A stretch of 63,555 nt of DNA, counting the filler, from Octopus bimaculoides (taxonomy: Eukaryota): assembly GCF_001194135.2 (NCBI RefSeq). It is 9 parts of 9 records of this genome, joined end to end, with 100 filler letters (N's around TTAATTAATTAA, not from the genome) between each part and the next. Parts side by side here need not be neighbours in the genome. Positions count along the whole stretch, not along the records: positions 1 to 14,556 come from NC_068987.1; 8 more parts are not named here. One strand, 5' to 3'. Under the pieces are notes generated by a model. It searched no databases, was not told the origin of the DNA, and saw only the letters and a list, made by a program, of their open reading frames with translations. Position numbers and translations under genes: made by a program. Shown here one piece after another: positions 1 through 12,053 of this stretch (its first letter is position 1; every line of letters begins with the position of its first letter).

Positions 1-132
1 AAGGCTTCTGGTAAATGTAACTGCTGTTACAGAAAATCTATTGTTTTACCGTTAGAAAAGTGGTGTTGAACTGTTAAGTGAAATTTGGTGATCGAGGATC
101 GAATCCACGCTATACCTGCATGAAGCCACTAC
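1..132. repeat. Direct repeat copy 1 (copy 2 at 2759-2890)
   Basis: AAGGCTTCTGGTAAATGTAACTGCTG...GAAGCCACTAC aligns without gaps, at offset 2758, to 2759-2890 with a few substitutions. Confidence 0.9.
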
Positions 133-1823
133 ATCATTCCCCCTTCAGAGAGGTTCCGAGAAAAGGAAACGAACCATCGAGAAAGAGAAAGAAATGCATG
201 GATGAGGAAAAATTTCGCATATCAGAAGAGAGAATCATTGAAGCGTATATGGGACATATATTTATTCAAGTGAGTCTGAATAACGGTGTCGCTTTGCGTG
301 CCAGAATGTGCAGTCAGTGACTGTGTAGTACGGAAAATGAGTTAGCACGTGCGTGTGCATGAGGGTGTATACACAAGTGCTAGCGAACGTATGAAAATTC
401 ACTGTAAAATAATCTCAGGTGAGCGAGTGAGTGCATTCTCAGGCCGATAGGATTGCAGTGTATGAAATGCCTTGAAGGTTTTTCAGAAGTGAAATGTGTC
501 TGGCGCTGTTGTGAGTAATTGCTGAGGTTAGCAAGAACGACAGTGCAGTACGCTGGAGTGATGTACGAAACAAGTAATGTTCTCCATTCATTACGTGACC
601 AAACAGGAGTCTAACAGAGGGAAATTATGTCTAAACATGAGTGCAGAGAGCATGTGAATATCCGACGTGCATTGAGTCAGGAAAAGAGTTGAGCTGGCAA
701 AGACGTGTTGAAAAACAAGGCAGTAGAGTTGCATGTGTGTGCAAATGCGCCGAGGAAAGGAGCATGCTTGTGCGAAACTAGGTGCAAGGCTGAGGCAGTA
801 TGCTAGTGCATTGATTACGAATACAGTGTTGAATATGCCAGTGACTGAGGTAGTAAATGCCTTGAATGTGCAGGAGCAAAAGTATAGAATGCGGGCGCGT
901 TGTAAGAGACGAACAACTTTCTCTATGTACACGTGACCGACCTTGGGTCTTACAGAGGCGAGATGTGTCTGCAAGGGCGCAGGGAGCATGAAAAACAAGC
1001 GAGAAAGTGCATAAATGTAACAGTGTTAACATGCAGGTACATGTAATAAGGTTGTGCTGTGCAGCAAAAGAAATGAATAGCATAAAAATGAGTAAAGAAA
1101 AGGTGGCAAACTGAGCTGGAAATAGTGTCCTTTGTTAAAAGTCTACTTGCTGAAAGTCAAAAAAGATGAGCATGCAAAGAAAAAGAGTTGTTGAGAGTCT
1201 ATGTTAGAATCTTATATACGTGCAAAAGTTCGTAGACAATGTAAGGTCTGTACGTCGGGACGAGAGGAAAAGCGTTTGTGTGCCGAAAAGGTTGCATGTG
1301 CAGGCTTCTGCATTTTCTTCCAGTTTAATTAGGGTTCCATGGTCAGCAAATTCTTTGTGCGTCGGCAGGGTTGCATTGTAGTGAAGTTAATCGCAGTTTG
1401 CATCGCAGTATAGTGCTTTCTGTTGCGCGTACTGTAACAAGTGGAACGGGGATGCATGTTGGTGGTGACGACGATTGTCATTCCTTTCCTTTGGTTTAGC
1501 GACTGTTAATATGAAGACTGTAGTTCTTTAGCTCAGAGTCAACAAAATGCAGCGGCATGTAGCATCAAAAGACAGTAATTCTTTTTAGATTGGGTCGCCA
1601 GTGTAATCGATGGATGTGACAAATGTTCTTGTGAAGGCGAAGGCTGCAATTCTTTAACTCGGGGTCACCAGTGCAGCGATTGGTATTATTGTAACGGCAT
1701 ATTGTAAGATGTGAAAGAACAGTGATCGAAGTGATCGAACAGTGTTCGAAGTTGTAAAGAACTATTTATTTACTGTTACTTTGTGTATATCCAAAACCAC
1801 GACGGGTTGGTATACTCTTTACA

Positions 1824-2136
1824 CTTTTACTTGTTTCAGTCAGTTGACTGTGGCCATGCTGGAGCACCGCCTTTAGTCGAGCAAATCGACCCCAGGACTT
1901 ATTCTATCGGTCTCCTTTGCCGAACCGCTAAGTTACGGGGACGTAAACACACCAGCATCGGTTGTCAAGCGATGTTGGAGGGACAAACACAGACACACAA
2001 ACACACATATATACATATATACATATACATATATACGACGGGCTTCTTTCAGTTGCCGTCTACCAAATCCACTCACAAGGCTTTGGTCGGTCCGAGGCTA
2101 TAGTAGAAGACACTTGCCCAAGGTGCCACGTAGTGG
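1824..2136 (-). mobile_element. tRNA-derived SINE family A, partial (runs into gap)
   Basis: Same sequence blocks as the copies at 22301 and 57452 (CTTGTTTCAGTCA..., GCCGAACCGCTAAGTTACGGGGAC..., internal (CA/TA)n, CTACCAAATCCACTCACAAGG). Confidence 0.85.
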
Positions 2137-2758
2137 NNNNNNNNNNNNNNNNNNNNNNNNNNNNNNNNNNNNNNNNNNNNNNNNNNNNNNNNNNNNNNNN
2201 NNNNNNNNNNNNNNNNNNNNNNNNNNNNNNNNNNNNNNNNNNNNNNNNNNNNNNNNNNNNNNNNNNNNNNNNNNNNNNNNNNNNNNNNNNNNNNNNNNNN
2301 NNNNNNNNNNNNNNNNNNNNNNNNNNNNNNNNNNNNNNNNNNNNNNNNNNNNNNNNNNNNNNNNNNNNNNNNNNNNNNNNNNNNNNNNNNNNNNNNNNNN
2401 NNNNNNNNNNNNNNNNNNNNNNNNNNNNNNNNNNNNNNNNNNNNNNNNNNNNNNNNNNNNNNNNNNNNNNNNNNNNNNNNNNNNNNNNNNNNNNNNNNNN
2501 NNNNNNNNNNNNNNNNNNNNNNNNNNNNNNNNNNNNNNNNNNNNNNNNNNNNNNNNNNNNNNNNNNNNNNNNNNNNNNNNNNNNNNNNNNNNNNNNNNNN
2601 NNNNNNNNNNNNNNATAACTATCCAAAACCAGCTAGAAGGATAGACATATAGTTGAGAACAATAGATCTCGCTGGGGGTCTGTAATCTCTGTTCTAGCTT
2701 TTGGTGGCCTAGAAGAGGTTAGAAGGGTCAAGTGGCAAAAACATTATTTTGCTTAGCG

Positions 2759-2890
2759 AAGGCTTCAGGTAAATGTAACTGCTGTTACAGAAAATCTATT
2801 GTTTTACCGTGAGAAAAGTGGTGTTGAACTGTTAAGTGAAATTTGGCGATCGAGGATCGAATCCACGCTATGCCCGCATGAAGCCACTAC
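2759..2890. repeat. Direct repeat copy 2 of 1-132
   Basis: Near-identical to 1-132. Confidence 0.9.
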
Positions 2891-3125
2891 ACTCTCTTTC
2901 GGCTTCTTTAATACTTATAATATTTTTAAAGCCTGTTTCAGTTGCTGACAACGTTTTGTGTTAAAACTTTTTCGGTAGTAGAATTTGCACTTATTATAAC
3001 TGCATATTTTTCATTGTCCGTTTTGTAATTTATATTCTTTATTTATTCGTCATTGGTTTTTAATATAAAATATACGTTCTGTTAACAACTACTTTGCAAT
3101 ATTTCATTTTACATATTTCGTCTGT

Positions 3126-3270
3126 TTTTACGTTCTGAGTTCAACTTCCGCCGAGGTCGACTTTGCTTTCGGGTCGATAAATTAAGTACCAGTTGCGTAC
3201 TGGGTCGATCTAACCGACTGGCCTCCTCCCCACAAATTTTGGGCCTTGTGCCAAGAGTAGAAAAGAATAT
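3126..3270 (+). mobile_element. SINE family B, 3' part
   Basis: CTGAGTTCAA..CCGCCGAGGTCGACTTTGC..GGGTCGATAAATTAAGTACCAG block recurs at 4516, 20025, 23330 and 50290. Confidence 0.75.
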
Positions 3271-3321
3271 TTCATTTTACAGATGTCGGTTTTAAATTTT
3301 ACATTTTCAACTGTTACACGC

Positions 3322-3866
3322 TTTGCCAGCGTTCTTCAAAGAGATGTTTTAAAGCTGTTCTACTGCATAATAGTAATGAATATTCTTCTATCCCTGTTGG
3401 ACACTCAGTGGTCATGAAGGAAACATAAAAATTTGGTGTCACTCTTACAGAAGATGAAATTCAAAAGTCACAACTGTATGATTTTCGGCTACACAGAGTT
3501 ACTTCATTTCCTGTCTGAATGAAACAGTAGAGTCAGGAAGCTCCATTGGTTTAAAAAAGAATGGTCAAATAGGGATATGCTAACATCAGGTACAAAGAAT
3601 ATCCTTCGAGAAAGTTTAGTTGATGCGAAAAGTATTCTTTTGTCTCCTCTACATATAAAATTTGGACCTCATGAAGCAATTTGTAAAAGCTTTGCCAGAA
3701 GATGGAGAGGGCTTCAAGTATGTTCGTAGCAGGTTTCCGGCTCGACCAGACGCCAAGGTTGAAGAGTGTGTAGATGTAGGACCAGATATAAGGAAACTTG
3801 TCAAGGTTGAAAATGCTGAAAACTTTCTTAGTGATTCTGAAAAACATGCATGGATTAGTTTTAAAG
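3322..3866 (+). pseudogene. Decayed DNA-transposase relic (superfamily unassigned)
   Basis: Broken frames read SSKRxLKAVLLHNSNEYSSIPVGHSVVMKET and LMKQFVKALPEDGEGFKYVRSRFP...GPDIRKL...EKHAWISFK. These match a widespread invertebrate transposase-derived family. Stops and frameshifts are present and it runs into a gap. Confidence 0.7.
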
Positions 3867-4515
3867 NNNNNNNNNNNNNNNNNNNNNNNNNNNNNNNNNN
3901 NNNNNNNNNNNNNNNNNNNNNNNNNNNNNNNNNNNNNNNNNNNNNNNNNNNNNNNNNNNNNNNNNNNNNNNNNNNNNNNNNNNNNNNNNNNNNNNNNNNN
4001 NNNNNNNNNNNNNNNNNNNNNNNNNNNNNNNNNNNNNNNNNNNNNNNNNNNNNNNNNNNNNNNNNNNNNNNNNNNNNNNNNNNNNNNNNNNNNNNNNNNN
4101 NNNNNNNNNNNNNNNNNNNNNNNNNNNNNNNNNNNNNNNNNNNNNNNNNNNNNNNNNNNNNNNNNNNNNNNNNNNNNNNNNNNNNNNNNNNNNNNNNNNN
4201 NNNNNNNNNNNNNNNNNNNNNNNNNNNNNNNNNNNNNNNNNNNNNNNNNNNNNNNNNNNNNNNNNNNNNNNNNNNNNNNNNNNNNNNNNNNNNNNNNNNN
4301 NNNNNNNNNNNNNNNNNNNNNNNNNNNNNNNNNNNNNNNNNNNNNNNNNNNATTTACTTATAAATTATGATATATTTTATCATTAAATTGTGAGAAAACC
4401 TTAGGTGATGGGAATGAGCTCATTTGAGATTTCAAATTAGCACCACAAAAATATATAAAAGTAACTGACAATTATCAAGGCAATTATCAAAAAAATTCAT
4501 ATCACAGACCTGTGT

Positions 4516-4733
4516 AATCCTTTCTACTATAGGCATAAAGCTTGGAATTTCGGTCGGACGTCTAGTCGATTGCATCTATCCTAGTGCTCAACTGGTACTT
4601 ATTTTATCGACCTCGAAAGGATGAAAGGCAAAGTCGACCTCGACGGAATTTAAACTCAGAATGTAAAGCCGGAAGAAATTCTGCTTAGCATTTTGTCCGG
4701 TGCGGTAACGATTCTGACTACTCACCGCCTTAA
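4516..4733 (-). mobile_element. SINE family B
   Basis: Reverse complement of the family-B block (GGATGAAAGGCAAAGTCGACCTCG..GGAATTT.AACTCAGAA). Confidence 0.8.
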
Positions 4734-5275
4734 CCCTGATAATAATTATAAATAAAGAATATAATATTTGGAAGAAGATAGAGATTAAGGAAGGGAGGTT
4801 TTATAAAATCTTTTAACGCCTGAACTGGACGATGACCAAAAACATAATTCTTTGAAGCTAAGAAAGCGAAAATGAAATCGCTTATAGTGATTGCATAAAG
4901 TGGATTTGGTCGGGGTAGACTTCTTGCAACACTCGCAGGGATGAAAAGGAATATAATCGTTTTACTACTTTTGTTTAAGACCAGATTAACTTATGATTTA
5001 GTAAACATGTGATCAAAAGCATATCACAGTGACCATCCACTTTTCTAGGAGTAACTAGTGCTACATTATTGTATGTGGGTTTTTTGTTTACGGTTTGAAT
5101 TTGACATATTTCTATCAGATTGTGCGACTATCTACAGGTTCTTTCGTTAAAAGTTTTAGTGTGTTTTGAACTCAAACACTTGGAATGGTTTTGTGAAGAG
5201 CCAAAAAGACACAATAACTTTACTTATAGTTACTTGAGATAGGCGTGTACACACATGCGCGCGCGAGTGCGCGTG

Positions 5276-5435
5276 CGACGGGCTCCTTTTCAGTTTCCAT
5301 CTACCAAGTCCCCGCACAAGGTTCTGGCTTACTCACAGCTATAATAGAAGACACCCAAACTACCTAGCAATAGGATTGAACCTAAAACCATGTGGTTAGG
5401 AAGCAAATGTCTTAACCACACGGCCACGCCTGCGT
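5276..5435 (-). mobile_element. SINE family A, diverged 5' half
   Basis: Degenerate match to the family-A head region, followed by (CATA)n. Confidence 0.7.
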
Positions 5436-5594
5436 TTATTATACATACATACATACATACATACATACACACACACACATACATACATACATACATACAT
5501 ACATACATACATACATACACACATACATACATAAACCACACATATATATGTTTGAATATATATAATAATCATTCTTCTTTTCTTCCTTCTCCTG

Positions 5595-5705
5595 ATCATT
5601 TAACATCAATGCTCCATGACGCCATGGGTCGAGCGGTATGACAGGATCCGATGGACCCTAAATCTGCATTGTGATCCACTTCCTACTTTGGCATGGTTTC
5701 TACAC
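5595..5705 (-). mobile_element. Diverged SINE/RTE-type 3' fragment
   Basis: Resembles the (GAT)n-tailed repeat at 62247-62389. Confidence 0.4.
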
Positions 5706-6380
5706 ACAACATGACCTCCTGTTCAAACTACCTTTGTTTGACAACAGGTTCTGAAGCTTGGCTGAAACGAAACTAGTTTTTCTTGTAGGATTACGAAAAT
5801 AGATCCATTTTTCATCCCTACTAACAATCAGACGCCAAGAACGGTCATCTCGAGGATTTGCCGGCAGTTGTTCTCGACAGCATCTGTTCACAAGACCGAA
5901 TATAAAAAGGTGTCGATTGATGGTGTTTTGTGAAAGACCAAGTTCTGTCGACAATATGGTTGTTGTTCAACCATTTCGAGCAAGGCATCATCTCCCACAA
6001 CAGAAGGTCTCCTTGATCTTGGTTTGTCATCGGGGCTGGTTTCACCTTTCTTGAAATGTCTGAACCAGTTTTGTGCCACACGTTCGTTGACAATTCCTTC
6101 GTCTTCCACTTCATTAATTTCTTTTTGCCAATGTTTTTGCACTCAGTTCTTTTTCCACAAGTTGCGCAAAATAGCTCCAATTGCGATTTTTTTCACCACT
6201 CATTAGCAAAGCTGGAAAATAAAGAATAAGCAATTAATGTTTATGCTACATTTGAAAATAAAGGATAAATCATACAGCAACGATTAGACAAGTTGTATTA
6301 AATTAACGATATAACATGGAATTACAAGTTGCCAAAAATCACCATTGAAAATCCGAAAACTTTTTTGACTCAGCTTGGTA
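5700..6380 (-). mobile_element. Mariner transposon relic (5' part, internally deleted)
   Basis: INEVEDEGIVNERVAQNWFRHFKKGETSPDDKPRSRRPS (mariner HTH region) and LIVSRDEKWIYFRNPTRK (first catalytic D motif). A possible TIR ends at TA next to (CA)n near 6380. Confidence 0.85.
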
Positions 6381-6530
6381 TACACACACACACACACACA
6401 CACACACATAATTAGAAAAAGTCTGGTGTGTATTTTGTGTGTAAACACTTTCATTTTTCAGCTTTACAAACACACGCGTTCTGGGCTACTGTAATAAAGA
6501 GGAATTTGTCCTTTTTGTAACGGTGTTAAC

Positions 6531-6783
6531 TGTTTCCGTTTTAGTTTCGGGTTTAGAATTTTTATGAAGTATTATTTTGTCTTTCATAGTCGATCATTTT
6601 CATCTTATATTTTGTAAAATGGGAATATTTTAAATTGTTGACTATTTTAAATGCTGACTATTTTAAGAGTTGGCTATTTCCAGTTTGGTTTCGGATTTAG
6701 AATTCATATAAAGTATACTTCTTTTGCCTTTCTTAGTTGATCATTTTCATCTTTTATTTTGTAAAAGGAAGTATTTAAATTTT
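6531..6783. repeat. Diverged tandem duplication (about 105-bp unit, about 145-bp period) just 3' of the PLE
   Basis: TTTCC..TTT.GTTTCGG.TTTAGAATT...GATCATTTTCATCTT.TATTTTGTAAAA occurs at about 6531-6635 and 6675-6783. Confidence 0.8.
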
Positions 6784-6820
6784 TCCATACCCAAAAATGT
6801 CTAGATGTTTACTACATGGA

Positions 6821-8450
6821 TCATTTCTGAGAAATGAATCTTTGTTGTTTTGTGCGTTTACGCGATTGGTTAATTTTTGTCCCTGCTTCTCCAATGTAAT
6901 TCCCATGGCATTGTGAGCGTGCGAGGCAGTAGATGAAATTTTTTGTTTTGCAGTTCATGTTTTCATCCACTTTCATGGATCTTTTGGTTGCTCCTTGCTC
7001 AATTATTTCGCATGTCCCACAACGAAGATCTCCGTAGTTTGTTACTTGTATTATTTCTTTCTCTGATGTGAATCTATCCTTTGTTCGAAGACTCTTAAGA
7101 TTTGGTGGTTGTCTTCGGCTGTTGACGATTTGTGATTTTTTAATCATTTGTCGGAAATTTGATGATTAATGTAGAATTGGGAGATATCGTTTGGCTGAAT
7201 GTAGAATATTGTGGTTCTTAGGACTATGGGTGACTACAAATGGAATATTTATATTTGTATTTTCGTTTTCACTTTTAGCATGAGTATTTCTCCGTAAGGT
7301 ATAAATCGGGATTTCTTTTGCTTTGGTTATGGCATGATTTATTAACTTTTGTGGGTATTTCTGTTTTTGAAGGAACATATTTAGTTCTACCAGTCGTTTC
7401 TCTAGTACATTGGTATCTGTTACTATTAAGCATATACGTCTTGCCATATTTAATACTATGTTCTTTCTGCAATGGGAATGGTGACAGGATCTAAAATTGC
7501 AGTAGAGATTGGTTGTAACTGTCACCTTTCTTTAATTATTAAAATGTCCAGAAAAGTGAGCTCCTTTTCATTTATTTCCATAGTGAACTGGTTCGATTCA
7601 TGAATACTGTTTATTAATTTAAATAATCTTGTAAGGAAGAATCTTTTCCAGTTCCCTATTAAATTGTTTTGAAAATGACAATCAAAAGTAATCCTGGACA
7701 AGTTATAGGCTTTTTCTTCCAGGTAATCCGTTACTAGTCTCGCAAACGTTGGTGTGACTTTCATCCCTATTACTATGTCTTGTATTTGTTGATAATATTG
7801 GTTGTCAGAGAATAAATAGTTGTTTTTCAGCACTAACCGTAATCGTTCAAGTATAATTCTCCTGAATTCTTTGTGGGTATTTGTCGAGCCAGAATTCTAT
7901 TGCTTCTAATCCTAATCCATGAGGGATATTTGTGTGGTGACTGGTTACGTCAAAGCTAACTAGGATCGTTTCTTTATCTATCCTTTCTGGAATATGGTTG
8001 AGGAAATCCATGTCACCTCTGATAAAACTAGAAACCAATATGCACAAAGGTTTCAAAATTATGTTAAGCCAGTTGCTTAATCGTTGGATGCTGGATGCTG
8101 GCCTTGCAATAATTGGACATAATTTTAGATCAGATGGTGTAGAATTCTTTACATAAGGTGTAAGGAGGTCCTTTAGGCTGTTATTGATTTCTTTAGATTT
8201 ATAGATTTTTGGAAGTCCATAAAAGTTACTTGTTTTCACCTCAAAATTAGTGAGGCAATCCAACTCCTTTTTCGTTTAGTCATTTTTGAATTTGTTTGTT
8301 AATTTACTAATTTTATTCATTGTTCATTTATCTAACATTGTCGAAATGTTAGCCATTTAATTGTTTAAAGACCGCGTGATAGGTTTTCTCCATTGTTACA
8401 ATGGTTCCTCCTTTGTCAACTTCTGTAATGACTCTAGGGGAATTTTTCTA
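6821..8450 (-). mobile_element. Penelope-like element relic (RT + GIY-YIG)
   Basis: VITEVDKGGTIV (ADKG motif), FYGLPKIYK, SFDVTSHHTNIP, FTMEINEKELTFLDILI, SCHHSHCRKNI, and GIY-YIG NFIYCLARSQCHGNYIGE. Many frameshifts. Confidence 0.9.
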
Positions 8451-8798
8451 TAAGCATTCCAATACCTTTTTTTACTTCATTTGTGATGTATAATTTTCTA
8501 TGGTTTGTTGTAATATTTGAGTTTGCAGATCTTTTTAGACACGTTATATATTCCTCAAAGTGTTTATTCCTGTTTATCGGAGGTTTAAAACCTGTTTTGT
8601 TTTTCACAAATGATGGATCTTCATCCTTTTTGTTTTAGAACTGGGTCCTTCATCACCTGATTGCTTCTGATCTTGATCAAAGAACTGCCCTTTGCTCATC
8701 ATTGAAGAGTAGACTTGAATACCGAACCTTACCTGGGTAAAATCAATGGTTAGCAACCAGAGAAAAAGAACTTTTTTCCAGAACCATGACAATACTTG

Positions 8799-9003
8799 AA
8801 AAAAGTTATGTTGTATGTTTGGTGAAATATGAAGTGTTAAACCAAAACGAAATAGTTAATGCAGAGAAGTATTATAGTCAATTGGAAAGCATTGCACAAA
8901 AATTTGCTGACAAAATCATCCACTATTAGTCAATCGTAAAGGGGAATTGTTCTTACTCGATAATGCAAGATCACAAATTACCCAAATCACACAAAGATTA
9001 TGG
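8799..9003 (+). mobile_element. Mariner transposase fragment
   Basis: KKVMLYVW...EVLNQNEIVNAEKYYSQLE...LVNRKGELFLLDNARS matches the mariner second-D region. Confidence 0.75.
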
Positions 9004-11682
9004 TTAAAAATCCAGTTCATAAAAATTATGAAAAGAAAAGGCGACAATACATACCCCTGCCAAAGTCTAATAACCACGTTGAAAGTTTCGACTTAGCAAG
9101 ATTTACCCGAACACAAACTATTTCAATAGGGGCTTTAAAGCAATTAGAAGTTAGCCATTAATCCCAAACGCCTGCAAAAACATTTCACATCATGTCTCTC
9201 GTCAGATCAAGTCGCTACTTCTTCGCGTAGAGAGGTCACAGCTTCGTAACTACGGGCTGTGATTAGAATATCGCTGGGCAGAATCGCAAGACGGATTTTT
9301 CAAACCTAGAAGTAGACTAAGAACAAGATCCATTGTCTCAGTTGAATACGCTTGAGAAAGACTAAAGGCAGTTTCTTCTCCGACCCTCCCAAGAAAAGTG
9401 GGCGAAGATGGATGGATGTTAATTTCAATTTAATTANNNNNNNNNNNNNNNNNNNNNNNNNNNNNNNNNNNNNNNNNNNNNNNNNNNNNNNNNNNNNNNN
9501 NNNNNNNNNNNNNNNNNNNNNNNNNNNNNNNNNNNNNNNNNNNNNNNNNNNNNNNNNNNNNNNNNNNNNNNNNNNNNNNNNNNNNNNNNNNNNNNNNNNN
9601 NNNNNNNNNNNNNNNNNNNNNNNNNNNNNNNNNNNNNNNNNNNNNNNNNNNNNNNNNNNNNNNNNNNNNNNNNNNNNNNNNNNNNNNNNNNNNNNNNNNN
9701 NNNNNNNNNNNNNNNNNNNNNNNNNNNNNNNNNNNNNNNNNNNNNNNNNNNNNNNNNNNNNNNNNNNNNNNNNNNNNNNNNNNNNNNNNNNNNNNNNNNN
9801 NNNNNNNNNNNNNNNNNNNNNNNNNNNNNNNNNNNNNNNNNNNNNNNNNNNNNNNNNNNNNNNNNNNNNNNNNNNNNNNNNNNNNNNNNNNNNNNNNNNN
9901 NNNNNNNNNNNNNNNNNNNNNNNNNNNNNNNNNNNNNNNNNNNNNNNNNNNNNNNNNNNNNNNNNNNNNNNNNNNNNNNNNNNNNNNNNNNNNNNNNNNN
10001 NNNNNATTCACAAATATATTACAATTCTTGAAAGGAAAGATAATTACTATTAGTTTTAAATTAAAAAAGAAAAAGACTGGACTTTCTTCAAGCTTTCTGA
10101 AGAAACACCAGATTTTTATCTGGATACGCAACTAATAGTTGTTGCCCTTTCCTCTTCGAATCGTAGTATATTCATGAGCCTACAATAATATCTCTTCTAT
10201 AACCCCAGGGTAACTGAGGAAATTATTTTGTAATAATCATTTGTGTAAATTATTTTCGACTTACCAATCAAGGATGCATATTTCAGGATCTAGTCTTTCT
10301 CATTCGCAAAATGAGACCCCACTTAATTTTGCTCAGATTGCTTTCAATTTTGGTGTATCGATGCAACTCTGAATTTTGATCATGATCAACCAATTAAAGA
10401 ATCCGATGTTATTCGGAATTAAAGTTGGGAAATTTGGGTAATTTTAGCCAATCAACAGATAGCGTGGCTTTAGCAGCTTGTTACCATGACAACCGCACGC
10501 TGTATTGTGGTTCACTGTCGTCTATGCTGCTGTTGTCTATGTTGATTTCACCCGTGTGTTTTGTTTTACTTTTTCTGTGTGTTAGTATATTACATATTTT
10601 TCTGTACTTCTGTGTGTTAGTATTTTTCCGTGCTTTTTCTGTGTGTTAATATTTTTGCATATTTTTGGGACTCATTGACTCGGACAGCTGGATTTATGAT
10701 TTCTCTAGGTTAATTCTATTCATAAAAATTTTAATTAGGGGGTATTTCTTAAACCGTTAGCTTCACATTTCAACAGCTTAGCTGAAATTTAGCCCACGTA
10801 ACAACAACTGAGAGGGATATCGTAGAACAGAGAAACTGTGGGTGATATAGATAATTTGACATTATTTTTGAATTCTGGTTGCAAAAACATATAAGTTACA
10901 GGTATTCTTTTTCTTGGCACAAATTCTTTGTTGACCAGTGTTATTCTTATCATAGTTTACAAATCCAAGCATGAAAACGTTTCTCACCTTTGGAGACAGA
11001 CGTCCCTTTTCATACACGCGCGCACGCGCACACATGCGCTTATATATTAATGCTGTACATAAATACATGGCTGGTATACACAATACTGAAGTATGCATAA
11101 AACACATGCAGACAAATATATTTAAAACAATAATAAAACCATACAATCAATGAAGAGACAAAAGAAACAGTAAGATGATACATGTTGATTTTATTAAGTA
11201 TTTCTGTTTATTTAGAAACCTACAATGAACAGGTCCGATGTTAAACTCTAAATTTCACAGGGTACAGCCTTAAAGTTGACACCGGTCCGCTAAACGCAGA
11301 AAATTGGCTATTGGCTAAAAATGCCCAGTTTTTTCGATTTTTAAACTTCTGTAACTTTTTTCTCCAATTTCAACGATTTCATATAGGGTCAATAATATTA
11401 GAAGTTTGCTGACATCCTTGTGTAAACAGATGCAAGAAATCCAAAATAATGATTAGCATAACCCCTGAAAAGATTGAAACCCACAATTATTGGATAAGAA
11501 GGCCAGAACCGGAATTATTTTACCACTGTGGTGGTGTGTAGAATGTTGTAACTAAAGGCTAAGTTATAGATATTGAACACTACTTATTGAACACTGATAC
11601 TGAATTAGATTCAGAGTGTAATCGAAGTGATCGGAAAATTTTTAGTCATACACGCGCGTGCACACACAGACACCAAGAACAT

Positions 11683-11970
11683 TGTCTTACGTAGGAAATG
11701 AAAAAAGGTTCACCTACCTTCCTCTCTCGTCTGCGCCCGTCTAGTAGTAGTCACTCCGGCGATCCTGCCCTACTCTGTCACCCAGTAATAAGCAGTTGCT
11801 ATCTCCAACCCAAGAGCGAATTCCCTCACGTCCGTTTGCAATGCCTTGGTCGGCCAAAAGAGGACGACTCTCTCCTGTCCTCCCCGTATTTTCCTTCTCA
11901 CGCTTCCTCTTCCGGTCAGTCCCTTGACCATTGACGTCATGGTCCTCTTCTTCTGGCTCATCCCCACACA
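11683..11970 (-). mobile_element. Candidate 3' LTR of retrotransposon copy 1 (about 290 bp)
   Basis: On the minus strand a G-rich tract (GTGGGGG, 11971-11977) is followed by TGTGTGGGGA. A candidate ACA end lies at 11683. Patchy homology to 28512-28824. The boundaries are approximate. Confidence 0.5.
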
Positions 11971-12053
11971 CCCCCACTGAACTCAAAACTCACCTCCTCA
12001 CTTCACTCCATGCCGAAATCTACCACCCACCCGGGTGGGCGCCTTGCACGTTG

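Noticed and set aside
540-1310. piggyBac-like snippets (AVRWSD, KYRMRARCKR, RRQCKVC)
   Set aside because: They fall in different frames and the W-x-D to YR spacing (about 109 codons) is too long; likely chance matches.
11217-11500. Possible non-autonomous DNA transposon
   Set aside because: Composition is suggestive, but no TIR or TSD pair could be located.
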